Assembly: GCF_963921235.1 (NCBI RefSeq)
Contig: NC_086097.1
Span: 155,188,001-155,252,000, forward strand
Length of the DNA: 64,000 bases
DNA from: Mobula hypostoma
Lineage: Eukaryota
Direction: 5' to 3'
How positions within the stretch are numbered: the first letter of the stretch is position 1; every line of letters begins with the position of its first letter. Shown in pieces: positions 12,985 to 27,900 of the stretch. Under the pieces are notes generated by a model, which searched no databases, was not told the DNA's origin, and saw only the letters and a program-made list of their open reading frames with translations. Made by a program: the position numbers and the translations under genes.

Positions 12985-15900
12985 CGTGTTCGTTTTGAGC
13001 GGGTGGAGGATGGAATGAGGGAAGGTGGTCCTGCAGGGAGAAAGGAATGCTGGTTGAGGTGGTAGCAGAGCCAGTCAGGAACATAACAGCCAGTATTTAC
13101 ACTCAATGCCTTGGCTGTGAGGGCAAGCATAATGACTTCTTCACCATCCTCTCCACATGTGTCAGTGACCATTCGACTTGCACCTCGATGTCCCTCTACG
13201 TCAACACTCCTTAGGTCTGTGCTACATACTCTGCAAGTTTTATCGCAATTTGAGCTCCCAAAATGCATAACCTCACACTTGTCTGTCCCCTTTGGCAGCA
13301 GGGTGGGGGACGGATGATTGAGAAAGGACCAAAAAGAGTCTATCCTGAATGTGGTGGACACCTCTGACCTCTAACCCCAGTGATGAAGCTCCTCAAGGGA
13401 AAGCTCCCAGCAGGCTTTTCAGGGTCAAGATCAGGGAATAAGGTCCACACCATCTGGGCCACTCCCTTTTTTCAATGCTGCCATCGGGCAGGAGGCACAG
13501 GAGCCAGAGGATGCCTCACCCCCTGGTGTAACGACAGAAGAGGCATAATGTTATGTGACTGGAGGAATGGATAGGGGTGATGTCAGAGGTAGTTCCATAT
13601 TTTGCTTAGGGAATGGTGATGCATGGAACATCCTTCTGGGGGGGTGGTAGAGGGAGATGCACAAGGGACATTGAAGAAACTCTTAGACAGGTGCATGGAT
13701 GATAGAGGGCAGCAGTATATTGACCTCAGAGTGGATGAAAAGGATTGTACAAAGTCAGGGCCGAAGGGCCTGTGTTCTATGTTCTAGTAGCTTCTTCCCC
13801 ACTGAGACCATACGACCGTATTGCATAGAAGCAGAATTAGGCCACTGGGCCCATCAAGTGTGGTCTGACATTTCATCATACTGATTTATTATCCCTCTCA
13901 ACCTGTTTATCCTGGTTTCTCCCATAAGCTTTGCCTGCCATCAGTTTCATGAACCTTAGTTCTGTCTCAGACTATATTTGGCTACTTGGCAAATGTCATT
14001 TTGCTTATTGTTTATTGTGCCTCTTACGTATAACATAAGTTAACCTAAATTTACATCATTTACAGTTGTCATATTTTGTAATGTAAAATACTACGGCTGT
14101 AAAAACTTAATTTTCATGTTGTTTATACCCATGACAAATTGTGTTTATATAGTGCACAGAAAAACCATGCGATGCAGTCGGCTGATTTGTTTGACAGACA
14201 GGCAGGAGTGATCTAATCAGGGCCCGCTTATGATGCAGGAAGGTGAGGCAGCACAAGATGGACATTTCCACTGCCCAACGACGGGAGGCAAGGGTTGGGT
14301 TTGGGCGATCAGATGTTCAAAGGAAGAGCTGGCGACACAGATGACAGGTTTACCTATCTGGTAGCCGGCGTTCCACATGTCAATGGCAGAGTAGTTAGAC
14401 GAGTCGGTCCTCCCGTCTTCTGGATATACCCTGTCCAGCTGTTGGGCATCGCACTGGAAAGTGGAGCCTGCAAACAGAAAATGGGTTTGTTGGAATGTAA
14501 AGACAAAAGATTCTGTAAATGCTGGAAATTCAAAGCAGCGCGCAATAAATGCTTGAGGAATTCAGCAGGTCAGGCAGCATCAAATGAAAGGAATTAACAG
14601 TCCTGATGAAGAGCCTCAACCAACTGCTGAGTTCCCTAAGCATTTTGAGCCATCTCTCCTTGCCAAACTCAGGCTTCCAAGCTTCCTGCCAGGACAGAAA
14701 ACCTGACCATATGACATGGGAGCACAATGAGGACATTCAGCCCATTCAGCCTGCTGCAACATTCCATCATGACTGATCTATTATCCCTCCCAACCTCATT
14801 CACCTGCCTTCTCTCTGTAACTTTTGACGGCCTTATTTATCAAGAACCTATCTCCCTTCGGTTAAAATATACCCAGTGACTGTCTCTACAGCCATCTGTG
14901 GCAATGAACTGCATAGATTCACCACCCTCAGGCCAAAGAAATTCCTTCGCATCTCTCTCCTAAATGGACTGTTCTATTCTGAAGCTGTGCCCTCTGGTCC
15001 AGGACTCTCTCACTACTGGAAACATCCTTTCCACGTTCAGTCTATCTCGGCATTTCAATATTCGATAGGTTTCAATCAGATCTCCCCCTCATTCTTCTAA
15101 ACTGCAGCGAGTACGGGCTAAGAGCCATCAGATGCTCCCACTGCTCTGTGCACCCACCAGCTGATTTATGTCCCTCTGTATCCTGGGGTGACCTTCCTTG
15201 CTATCTACGATTCGAACAACTTTTGTATTGTCTACAAACTTAGGAATCAGATCACCTACATTGATAACAATATATTACAAACAACAGAGGTCCCAGCACC
15301 AGACCGCTTGTTACAAACTTCCAGTTGAAGGAACACCTGTTCAGCACCATCCTCTGATTCCTGTGACTTCATATGTTGTCCTTCCAGTCTTCCAACCATT
15401 CTCCCTGCAGCTTCAAATCGCCTGCATTTTTGAGTTTCTCACAGATGTTGCCTATCAATAAACCAATAAACGCACCATTGAGTACATTCAAAAGGCACGC
15501 TACCATGAGGAAGTACCATCCATTATCAAAGACCCTCTCCATCGAGACCTTGTTAATCCAACATATTTTTGTTAGTTCTATTGTATTTCTTGATTTTCTG
15601 TAAATGTCTGCAAGAAATTGAGCCTCAAGTTCGTACATGTTGGGCCTACATGTACTTTGATAATGAATTTACTTAAGACTTTGACTTGGTTCACCTCTTA
15701 CTTTACATTGCACAGAAACTATATTTCCTTCATCAAACATTGCTGTCATTTCACTGTAATGTTTGACTTTAATAAATTGACACCGGTTTACTCCCATCAT
15801 TCCATGTTTGCAAGTAACTGCTAATTCCATCCCAGATCTCTATTTCTACAGCTTAGCTAACTATCAAGTTCAGAGAGACTGCTCTGTAGTTATTGGCTCT

Positions 15901-18900
15901 TTTTTTGAGAAACATGATGGAACAGATTTTATCAACACACATAAAAAAATGCTGGTGAACGCAGCAGGCCAGGCAGCCTCTACAGGAAGAGGTACAGTCG
16001 ACGTTTCGGGCCGAGACCCTTCGTCAGGACTAACTGAAAGAGAGATAGTCAGGGATTTGAAATTGGGAGGGGGAGGGGGAGATCCAAAATGATAGGAGAA
16101 GACAGGAGGGGGAGGGATGGAGCTAAGAGCTGGAAAGTTGTTTGGCAAAAGGGATACAAGGCTGGAGAAAGGAGAGGATCGTGGGACGGGAGGCCTAGGG
16201 GGAAAGAAAGGGGGAGGGGAGCCCAGAGGATGGGCAAGGAATTATAGTCAGAGGGAGAAAAAAGAGAGAGAGAAAAAAAGGGAAATAAATAAATAAGGGA
16301 TGGGGTACGAAGGGGAGGAAGGGAATTAACAGAAGTTAGAGAAGTCAATGTTCATGCCATCAGGTTGGAGGCTACGCAGACGGAATATAAGGTGGTGTTC
16401 CTCCAACCTGAGTGTGGCTTCATCTTGACAATAGAGGAGGCCATGGATAGACATATCAGAATGGGAATGAGACATGGAATTAAAATGTGTGGCCACTGGG
16501 AGACCCTGCTTTCTCTGGCAGACAGAGCATAGGTGTTCAGCGAAACGGTTTCCCAGCCTGCGTCGGGTCTCGCCAATATATAGAAGGCCGCATCGGGAGC
16601 ACCGGACGCAGTATATCGCCGCAGCCGACTCACAGGTGAAGTGTTGCCTCACCTGGAAGGACTGTCTGGGGCCCTGATGGTGGTGAGAGAGGAAGTGTAA
16701 GGGCATGTGTAGCACTAGTTCCGCTTACAAGGATAAGTACCGGGAGGGAGATCAGTAGGAAGGAATGGGGGGGGAACGAATGGACAAGGGAGTCGCGTAA
16801 AGAGCGATCCCTGCGGAAAGCAGAAGGAGGGTGAGGGAAAAATGTGCTTTGTGGTGGGATCCCGTTGGAGGTGGCGGAAGTTACGGAGAATTATATGTTG
16901 GACCCAGAGGCTGGTGGGGAGGTTGGTGTGGACAAGGGGAACCCTATTCCTAGTGGGGTGGCGGGAGGATGGGGTGTGAAATGGGAGAGCTGTGTTTGAG
17001 AGCAGAGTAGATGGTGGAGGAAAGGCAGCCCCTTTCTTTAAAAAAAGGATATCTCCTTCGTCCTGGAATGAAAAGCCTCATCCTGAGAGCAGGTGCGGCG
17101 GAGATGGAGGAATTGTGAGAAGGGGATGACAGTTTTGCAAAAGTCAGGGTGGGAAGAGGAACAGTCCAGGTAGCTGTGCGAGTCAAATTTTATATTGGCA
17201 GAGTGAAGACTTTGAACTTGATATATTTCCAGTCTCCTCTTACCCGAGTTCTGCACCAAGTCACTGAACTTGTTTGCCATGAAGGACAATTTCTCATAGA
17301 AGACCTGGTTGCTCATGGCACCCTCAAAGCTGTTGAAGTGGATCATTTTGCAGTAGATGAGCACGCCGGGCAACTCCTTGACTTTGTTGAGCTTTGCATC
17401 CTGGAAGGAAGAGGTCACAGACACACAGATTGTCCTTCCATAGTTCACTGAGCAACCTTCAGTATCAATAAGACCAAGGATATGATTGTGGACTTCAGGG
17501 AACTCACACTTAGGGGTCAGCAGTGTTCCATCATTAAAGACTCCTGTCACCCTGTGATAATAAATTTGATTCCTTTTCTGAGCAAATCAATCTTGTAGCC
17601 AGTGAGTGCTGTCTTAGGGGTTTAGACTTCTGGAGGCTTTACTCAACCCTCCTGGGATCTCCGCACATCTCCAGCTCTGGCCAGATATTTCACTACTTCT
17701 GTGAACGGAGTTGTACAGCAGGGAAACAGACCATTTGGCCCATCTTGTCCATGTCACTGGATTTGCCCAGTGAGCCAGTCGCATCTGTCAGTGTTTGGCC
17801 TATGGCCCTTTAAACTCCTGTCCCTATTATTTAGCAAGATGCTTTTAACCAATGCTTATGCCCCTGGCTCAACCACTATCTCGCATAGCTCATTCTGAAA
17901 ACACTCCTTGCATGAAAAAGATACCCTTGGTGTCCTTTAGTAATCTGTCAGTTCTGATCTTAAACCTGTACCATCTTGTAGTAGCACCCTCTCCTTGGGG
18001 GAAAAAAAACTGTGTGCTTTTACTCTCTCTATGCACCTTATGATTGTAAACTCTTCTATCAGGTTACCCCTTAATCTCATGCATTCCAGGGAATAAAATC
18101 AACTTTGCAATCTCTCATTGTAACTCCAGCCCCTCAGTCTGAGCAGCATCCTGGTAAATCCCTTCTGCACTCTTCCCAGTTTAATAATACAAGACCATAA
18201 GAAATAGGAGCAGAATTAGGCCATTTGACCCATTCAGTCTGCTCCAGCATTTCATTATGGCTGATCCATTTTCCCTCTACCCCCAATCTCCTCCCTTCTC
18301 CCCACATCCCTTAATGCCCTAAACAATCAAAATTCTATCAAGCTCTCTGTTAAATATATGTTAATACTTGGCCTCTGGTCACCTGTGAGAATGAATTCCA
18401 CAGATTGACCAGTCTCAGGCCAAAGAAAATCTCCTAGCTCCATTCTAAAAGGATGTCCCTCTATTCTGAGACTTTGCCCTCTGGCCATGGGATCTTCCAG
18501 CATAGAAAACACCCTTTCCACTTCCACTCGATTCAATTAGGTCACTCGCATTTCTCTCTGTTCCAGTGAATACAGGCCCAGAGCCATTAAATGCTCTTCA
18601 CATGACAAGTTGTTCAATCCTGGAATCATTTTCATGAACATCTTTTGAAACCTCTCCAGTATTAGCACATCCTTTCAAAGCTAAGAGGCCCAAAACTGCT
18701 CACAAGGCTTCAAGTGAGGCCTCACTGGTGCTTAAAGAAACCTCAACATTATATCTTTATATTCTTGGCCTCTTGAAATGAATGCTAACATATTTTTGCT
18801 TCCTCACCCCTGACTCAACCTGCAAATTAAACTTTGGGAATCCTGCACAATTTTCCCTCCCATTTCGAAAATAGTCTACTGTTTTATTTCTTCTACCAAA

Positions 18901-21900
18901 GTTCATTAGCCTACAATTCAGGACACAATATTCCATTTGCAACTTCCTTGCCCATTCTCCGAATCTGTCCAGAACCTACTGTGGTCTCTCTACCTCTTCA
19001 AAACTGCATGTCCCTCAACCTATCTTCATTTAGTCTGCAAACCAATAAAGTATGACTATGACTATGACTAAACTGGGCCACAGCGCCATCAATTACAATT
19101 GGTCAAGTAAGATTTTCCCTCGAGGAAACCATGCTAACTCCGGCCTATTTTACCATGTGCCTCCAAGAACCTGAAAACCTCACCGCTAACAATCAACTCC
19201 AACATCTTCCCAACCACAGAGGTCAGGCTAACAGGCCAACAATTTCCTTCTGTCTGCCTCTCTTCCTTCTTGAAGAGTGGAGTAACATTTGCAATTTTCC
19301 AGTCTTTTGGACAATCTTAAAAGCTTTGGACTCTCCACTGCAACTACACAGCTTGGTGGTGTAGCGGTTCGTGCAATCACTTTGCAGCACCAACTCCAAG
19401 ATCAGAATTCAATTTCGATTGCTTTCTGTAAGGGGTTTGTACCTTCTCTGTGTGAATGCATGGGGTTCATTCAGGGTGCTCTGGTTGCCTCTCACATTCC
19501 AATTAAAATGTACGGGTTGGGCTTAGTGAGCTGTGGGCATTCTATGCTGGCACTGGAAGTGAGGCAACATTTGTGGTCTGCCCTGCGAAATTTTTACTGA
19601 TTTGATTTGATAGAAAAACGTGACATTTTACTGTATGCTTCAATGTGCATGTGCCAAAAAACACTCACCTTTAACAAAACATCCCACCTCCTATGCTCAA
19701 TGCCCTGACTGATGAAGGCAGCAAATTGCCTCTTTCAAAAGTTTCCTTCTGGAAAGTACAATTAACACAAAAACATATGCCATCTTGAAATGTTTGTTCT
19801 CCAGCTAGTGAATGTGACCAGAGGACCCAGAAAAAACCCACAGATTCCACAGTGAGGGAGTATAGGGACACCTTCTAGAGGAGCTGGGATTGAAACCTAA
19901 AATATGATGCCCCTAGCTTTAATAGTGTTGTGCTAACTGCTCTGCTACCACGGTGCACTGGCTGTTAACACAATGACACATTTCACTCCATCTTTCTCTG
20001 GACACATGGTAAATAAAAGAATCTGAATCACTAAAGGATGGAGGGAGTGAATGAATGAGTGTGGAGAGGAAGAGGTTGAATGAGGGAGTGAGCAAGCAAG
20101 GGCGAGGTGAGTGATCAAGTGAGTAAGAGAGGAAGTGAATGAGAGGGAAGGAGGGAAAGTGAATGAATATGTGAGGAAAGAGGGAGAGAAAGTGAGCATG
20201 GAGGGAGTGAGTGAGGGAGGAAATGAATATCAGAGGGAAGGGAGAGTGAGTGAGAGTGAGTGAATAAGGGAGGGAGGAGATGATGGCGCAACTCAGGAAA
20301 TGTGGGGTCACTGGGTGAATAACTGAGCAAGGAAAAGAGAGACGGAATGAATTGGCCGGGACTGAGGGAAGGAATTCAGTGAGGTGAACGACGGAAGAGA
20401 AAGGGGACTCACCTTTTCTTGAGACTTCTGCTTTCTTGCGACCTCCTCCATTTCAGCAGCCTCATCTTCGTCCAAGGCTTCCTCGTTCTCAACAATTGTA
20501 CCGATCACTCGGTTTACTCTCTTAAGCTTCACCAGGATCTTTCCCTTCAGTTCCTACATCCACCACAAGGCCAAGAAGCAACAAATCAGTCAGCATAGAG
20601 TCATACAGCATGGTAACAGGCCCTTCAGACCAACTCTTGCTGACCAAGATTCCTATTTAGAGCTACTTGTCAGTGTTTCGCCCATATCCCTCAGAACCTT
20701 TGCTGTCCATACCCCTGCCCAAGTATCATTTAAATGTTCTTCATGTGTTCACCTCCTCACCTGGCAGCTCATTGCATGTAATGACACTCTGAGTGAAAAG
20801 GTTTCCCCTCAGATACCTACTAAATCTATATCCTCTCCCCTGTGTCCTGCAGTTCCAGATTACTCAACACAGGGAAAAAGAAGCTGTGTCTGCATTCACC
20901 CGTTCTATGCCCCTCATGATTTTATACCCCTCCATAAGACTGAGACAGCTGAACAATCACGGGAGGCCAAAGGTGTCCTGTCCTGGAGGTTGGAGGTGTG
21001 TGTGTCTGTCTGTCTGCAAGGACATAATGAAGGAAGGGGTTTGTTTTGCTGTTGTTGTGTTACTTCGTCTATTGTTTTGTTGTGTTCTCTGTTGTTTTGC
21101 CTAGGATTGTGGGCACACTACTGGTATGCCGGTGCTGCAACTTGTGGGCTGGCCCAGAACATCCTTGGGTGTGTTGGTTGTGAACACAAACAATGCACTT
21201 CACTGTATATTTCGATGTGGGTGTGACAAGTAAACCTGAATCTGAATCTGGCATCACAGCCTCTCGCCACACCGTTACTGAACTGAATCCACCCATTTTC
21301 CCACCCTGTTAAACGTTTCCTTCTTCAGATTGACTTCTCATCTCGGGAGCAATCAGTAATATTTCTACATCATTCCAGTGTTGGTGAGCAGTGCTCCACC
21401 TTCAATAGCTCAGGCAAATGTGTCTGACAGACACTGTCCTAGGCAGAGCTCTAATGTACATCCACAAGACTCCCAATCGGACACAACACGGTCTTGGTGG
21501 ATGGGGAGATAGCAGATGTCACAAGGTTCGCAGAAATGGTGTTCATCAGCTGGGCACGGTCTGGATTGTGCCTGTTGTTTGAATAAAGCCCACTCCGCTC
21601 CTTACCTCAGGTGAGGGCATCGTCCCAATGAAGGGCTTGTAGAGTAGCTTGTCCCCCAGGATAGATTCCATGACCTGCACCATGACCTTCTCCTGTTCTA
21701 TGCTGCAATGGCTCCTCAGGAACAGGATGAAGGGGTAAGGAGTGACCTGGAATCAAACACCACATCATGATGGCATAGAGACCATGCTTCTGTCTACAGC
21801 AAGGCGACAATAATGAAGCACTCTGCTTCACAGGTGACGTCCATAGAATTCCTCCTTGTTCATGGGGACCCAGGCCTCGAGTGTGCCCACTGGTGGGAAG

Positions 21901-24900
21901 CAACTCTATGTTTATTATTATTGTCACATGGAGTTTATTATTGTCACATGGACCAAGATACAGTGAAAGGTTTGTTTTGCATATTACTCATACAGCTTAA
22001 ATCATTACACAGTACACTGAAACAGAACAACGTATTAAAAAAATGCAGAATAAGATGAGTGATATTGATCGAGTGAATAACCAGAGGGCAGAAATGGCTA
22101 ATGCAAGGGGACATTATTTGAAGGTGATTGGAGGAAAATACTGCATGGGGGTATGTTAGAGGGAAACATTTTTTTTTATAAACACAGAGAGTTGCATGGA
22201 AGGCATTGCCAGGAGTGCCAAATTAACTGATTAGCTTTATTTGTCACATCGACATCACAACATTAAAATACACAGTGAAATGTGTCATTTGTATCAATAT
22301 AGCATGTCCTCAACTTACCAACCTATTAACCTGTACATTGTTAGAATGTGGGAGGAAACTCAGCACCCACAGGAAATTTGTTGTTTTATTCTTGTGCCAG
22401 CTGTATCGTGTCAAGATGGTGCCAGCGTACAACACTCACTCAGTCAACATCTTTCATACAACGAAACGGCTTATTTAACTTTTTTGATGCCTGTTTCTCA
22501 TTTTAAACATCTAGAGCCTTCGATTTAGTTTGGAGAGTAGCTGAGAGATCTGGTACTTTGCAGCCATTGAGAATAATCCGGGGAATGAGTGTGAACTCAA
22601 GCTTGAATCTCGAGACCACAAAGCGAAGAATCTTCGAGACTGGTCACAAGCTGAAGTTCGACTACAGTTCACTGATGAAAGCATCCATTATTTGTTGATT
22701 AAAGCATCAAGGAAGATTAAAACATCAAGGAGAATGCAGAAGGCAAGCGAGGGTTTGGGATCCTTCTGCCGGAGAAGGAGCCTGTGTGGCCTATCGCTCT
22801 GTTTTTAAGCAAAAAATGACAAAGCAGTGTCTGGATTCCAGACAACAGGAATTCTGCAGATGCTGGAAATTCAAGCAACATACATCAAAGTTGCTGGTGA
22901 ACGCAGCAGGCCAAGCAGCATCTATAGGAAGAGGTGCAGTCGACGTTTCAGGCCGAGACCCTTCGTCAGGACTAACTGAAGGAAGAGTGAGTAAGGGATT
23001 TGAAAGCTGGAGGGGGAGGGGGAGATGCAAAATGATAGGAGAAGACAGGAGGGGGAGGGATGGAGCCGAGAGCTGGACAGGTGATAGGCAGAAGGGGATA
23101 CGAGAGGATCATGGGACAGGAGGTCCGGGAAGAAAGACGGGGCGGGGGGGGTGACCCAGAGGATGGGCAAGAGGTATATTCAGAGGGACAGAGGGAGAAA
23201 AAGGAGAGTGAGAGAAAAAATGTGTGCATAAAAAAGAGTAACAGATGGGGTGCGAGGGGGAGGTGGGGCCTAGCGGAAGTTAGAGAAGTCAATGTTCATG
23301 CCATCAGGTTGGAGGCTACCCATACGGAATATAAGGTGTTGTTCCTCCAACCTGAGTGTGGCTTCATCTTTACAGTAGAGGAGGCCGTGGATAGACATGT
23401 CAGAATGGGAATGGGATGTGGAATTAAAATGTGTGGCTACTGGGAGATCCTGCTTTCTCTGGCGGACAGAGCGCAGATGTTCAGCGAAGCGGTCTCCCAG
23501 TCTGCGTCGGGTCTCACCAATATATAAAAGGCCACATCGGGAGCACCGGACGCAGTATATCACCCCAGTCGACTCACAGGTGAAGTGATGCCTCACCTGG
23601 AAGGACTGTTTGGGGCCCTGAATGGTGGTAAGGGAGGAAGTGTAAGGGCATGTGTAGCACTTGTTCCGCTTACATGGATAAGTGCCAGGAGGGAGATCAG
23701 TGGGGAGGGATGGGGGGGACGAATGGACAAGGGAGTTGTGTAGGGAGCGATCCCTGCGGAATGCAGAGAGAGGGGGGGAGGGAAAGATATGCTTAGTGGT
23801 GGGATCCCGTTGGAGGTGGCGGAAGTTACGGAGAATAATATGTTGGACCCGGAGGCTGGTGGGGTGGTAGGTGAGGACCAGGGGAACCCTATTCCTAGTG
23901 GGGTGGTGGGAGGATGGAGTGAGAGCAGATGTACGTGAAATGGGGGAGATGCGTTTAAGAGCAGAGTTGATAGTGGAGGAAGGGAAGCCCCTTTCTTTAA
24001 AAAATGAAGACATCTCCGTCGTCCTAGAATAAAAGCCTCATCCTGAGAGCAGATGCGGCGGAGACGGAGGAATTGCGAGAAGGGGATGGCGTTTTTGCAA
24101 GAGACAGGGTGAGAAGAGGAATAGTCCAGATAGCTGTGAGAGTCAGTAGGCTTATAGTAGACATCAGTGGATAAGCTGTCTCCAGAGACAGAGACAGAAA
24201 GATCTAGAAAGGGGAGGGAGGTGTCGGAAATGGACCAGGTAAACTTGAGGGCAGGGTGAAAGTTGGAGGCAAAGTTAATAAAGTCAACGAGTTCTGCATG
24301 CGTGCAGGAAGCAGCGCCAATGCAGTCGTCGATGTAGCGAAGGAAAAGTGGGGGACAGATACCAGAATAGGCACGGAACATAGATTGTTCCACAAACCCA
24401 ACAAAAAGGCAGGCATAGCTAGGACCCATACGGGTGCCCGTAGCTACACCTTTAGTTTGGAGGAAATGGGAGGAGCAAAAGGAGAAATTATTAAGAGTAA
24501 GGACCAATTCTGCTAGACGGAGCAGAGTGGTGGTAGAGGGGAACTGATTAGGTCTGGAATCCAAAAAGAAGCTTAGAGCTTTGAGACCTTCCTGATGGGG
24601 GATGGAAGTATATAGGGACTGGACATCCATGGTGAAAATAAAGCGGTGGGGGCCAGGGAACTTAAAATCATCGAAAAGTTTAAGAGCGTGAGAAGTGTCA
24701 CGAACATAGGTCGGAAGGGATTGAACAAGGGGTGATAAAACAGTGTCGAGGTATGCAGAAACGAGTTCGGTGGGGCAGGAGCAAGCTGAGACAATAGGTC
24801 GGCCAGGACAGGCAGGTTTGTGGATCTTGGGTAGGAGGTAGAAACGGGAAGTGCGGGGTGTGGGAACTATAAGGTTGGTAGCAGTGGATGGGAGATCCCC

Positions 24901-27900
24901 TGAGCGGATAAAGTCGTTGATAGTGTGGGAGACAATGGCCTGGTGCTCCTTAGTGGGGTCACGATCGAGGGGTAAATAAGAGGAGGTATCCGCGAGTTGT
25001 CGCTGTGCCTCGGCAAGGTAGAGCTGTGAGGATTCAAAGCAATATGATTTGGTGTGTATTTCATATGTCCCTTTATCTGAAGGAACGACGTGTATGTGTT
25101 CACAACAGCTGATACCTGGAATAGATGGAGCATCTTATGGTCAAAGCTCAACTCATTCTCCCATGCTCTAGGGAAAAAAATTCTAACCTACTCAACATTT
25201 CTGTATTAGTCATGATACGGAGTTAAGGTGATCGTTACTTGATTGGCAGTCATATTCAGTGACAGAGCAGGTTCAAGTAACTGAGTGGTGCACTTTCTGC
25301 CTAGTCTGTATACTCCTATTTAAGTTCCAATTGACACAGCCTGTGGAGTCTACCTCTGCAGAGTGTTGTAGAATCATCCAGCACCATCGCGGGAACTGCC
25401 TTCCCATGATCGAGGACATCTTCAAGAGGTAGTAATCTCAATAAAATGGCATCCATCAGTAATGGCTCTCACCCTCCAGGATGTCCCCTCTTCTCATTCC
25501 TACCGTCAGGGAGGAGGTACAGGAGCCTGTCGACCATACTTAATGATTCAAAGCAGCTTCTTCCACTTCACCTTCAAATCTCTGAATAGTCCATGAACCC
25601 ATGAACAACCATTTTATTTTGTACTCTTTATTTATATCATAGTTTATCATTTTTTAATGTCTTTATACATTGTACTGCTGCTGCAAAGCACTATATTTCA
25701 CAACATCAAACTTATGAGTAATGTAGTGCTTAGTTTAATGCTTTACAACATCAGCAATCACAATTGGGGTTCAATTCTTGCTGCTGTTTGGAAAGGAGTT
25801 TTCACGTTCTCCACATGATCATGTGGGTGTCCTCCAGATGGTCCACGTTCTTTCCGCATTCCCAATATGTGCGGGTCAGGGTTTGAAGTTGTGGGCAATC
25901 TATGTTGGTGCCAGAAGAATGATTAAACCTTCAGGCTGCACCAGCACATCATCGGACTGCGTTGGTCATTGTCACAAAGCATCGCATTTCACTGTATCTT
26001 TCGATGTACATGTGACAAATAAACCTAACCTGTAATCTTTTAATTTTACCTATATTAAACTTGATTCTGATTTTATTATCCCTGGTTACAAAAGCATTAT
26101 TGAATGATTAAAGTACTGCTAATACTGTATTTCTCTTTCATGAGGAATAAATCATGTAATGACAGTTCAGTTTGATGTTCATGGTGTACAAATTATTGGA
26201 ATCAGTTCTGAGGAACATTCTAAACTTTTAATTGCAAAGGGCACTTCGTATCCTCTTGAAATCTGAAATGGCTGCCACAAGGGGGCACAGGTTTAAAGTG
26301 CTTGGCAGTAGGTATAGAGGAGATGTTGGGGTAAGTTTTTTTTACGCAGGGAGCGGTGAGTGCGTGGAATAGGCTGCCGGCAACGCTGGTGGAGGCGGTT
26401 ACGATAGGGTCCTTTAAGAGACTTTTGGATAGGTACATGCAGCTTAGAAAAATAGACGGCTATGGGTAACCCAAGTAATTTCTAAGGCAGGGACATGTTC
26501 CGCCCAACTTTGTGGGCCGAAGGGCCAGTGTTGTGCTGTAGGTTTTCTATGTTTCTATCTAGGGCCAGACAGTGTGGATTTGTCACAGGTAGCGTGTTGC
26601 TTTTGAGGAGATAGTAAGGTTTCTAAAGCCATTGAATTTTATGGGGTCAATGAGGACTTTGTCAAGCTCATAGTGATAGTCATAGTCATACTTTATTGAT
26701 CCCGGGGGAAATTGGTTAAGATCCCGGGGGAAAGCTTCTTGACAGGGTCTTATGAGACAGGCTGTTTAGAAAGATAGGTCCAAGTGATCTGAGAGAGAGT
26801 AACAAAACTGGCTGAGTTACAGGCAGGCGGGATGGGTGACAGGGAGGCTATTACTTTTGGCATAATTCCATTCAGGGTATTAATGTATTAGAGAGGGAAT
26901 GCAATGTAGATGTTTGCAGATGACACAAAAATTGGCCATGTGGTTAACACTGACCTTCAAATCAGAATCAGGTTTATTATCACAAACATATGATGAGAAA
27001 CTTGTGGTTCTTTTGGCAGCAGTGCAGTGCAAGACCTTAAAACTTATGAGGTCACAATAAATAAACAGAGACATACATACATAATAGATAAATGACCAGT
27101 CAGACAGAAAGAGAGATAGTGCAAAAGAGGAATAGTGAGGGGATTCAGAGTCCATTCTGATGGCACGTGGGAGGAAACTGTTTCTTAATCACTGAATGTG
27201 TGTCATCAGACCCCTGTACATCCTCACTGATGTTAGAAATGAGAAGAGGATATGCCCTGTACGGTCAGGGTCCTTAGTAATGGATGTGGACTTCTTGAAA
27301 CACTGGTTCTTGATGATGTCCTTGATGACATGGAGGCATGTGACTGTGATAATGTGATTAAGTTTGTGAGGATGTAGACAAGACTGAGAAGAAAGCTGTC
27401 TGTAATAAGGGAACAGGCCCTGTATGCTCGGGGTCCTTAGAAACGGATGCAGCTTTCTTGACACACTGGCTCTTGGTTGTCCTTGATGGTATAGAGGTTT
27501 GTGCTTGTGATGGAACTAGCTGAATCTAAAACCCGCTGCAGCCCCTTGTGAACCTCCATACCTGACTGTGATGCTCTCCTGTCAGAATACTGTTCACGAT
27601 ACAGGGGATGACATACATGATCCAACCAGTTGTCAAGTGGCAAATGGAATTTAATCTGGAGTAGTATGTGGGTGAAGGTGGTGTGTGGCACACTCGTCTT
27701 CATTGGCCAAGGCAATGAAAACAAGAGTTGGGACTTGGTACCTCAATCCTACAAAATGTTGGTTCGACCTCACTTGGAGCAGTGTGCAGTCCCATTCACC
27801 ATGCGACAGTAAGGATATGATTAAGTTTGTGAGAATGTAGATAAGATTAATTAGAAAGCTGTCTGGAATGGAGGGCTTGAGTGACATTGAACGATGTTGG

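Noticed and set aside
25023..25115. Acceptor-like ttccag|GTATCAGCT... as candidate exon 8
   Set aside because: No PLC similarity; the true exon 8 is at 21606-21746.
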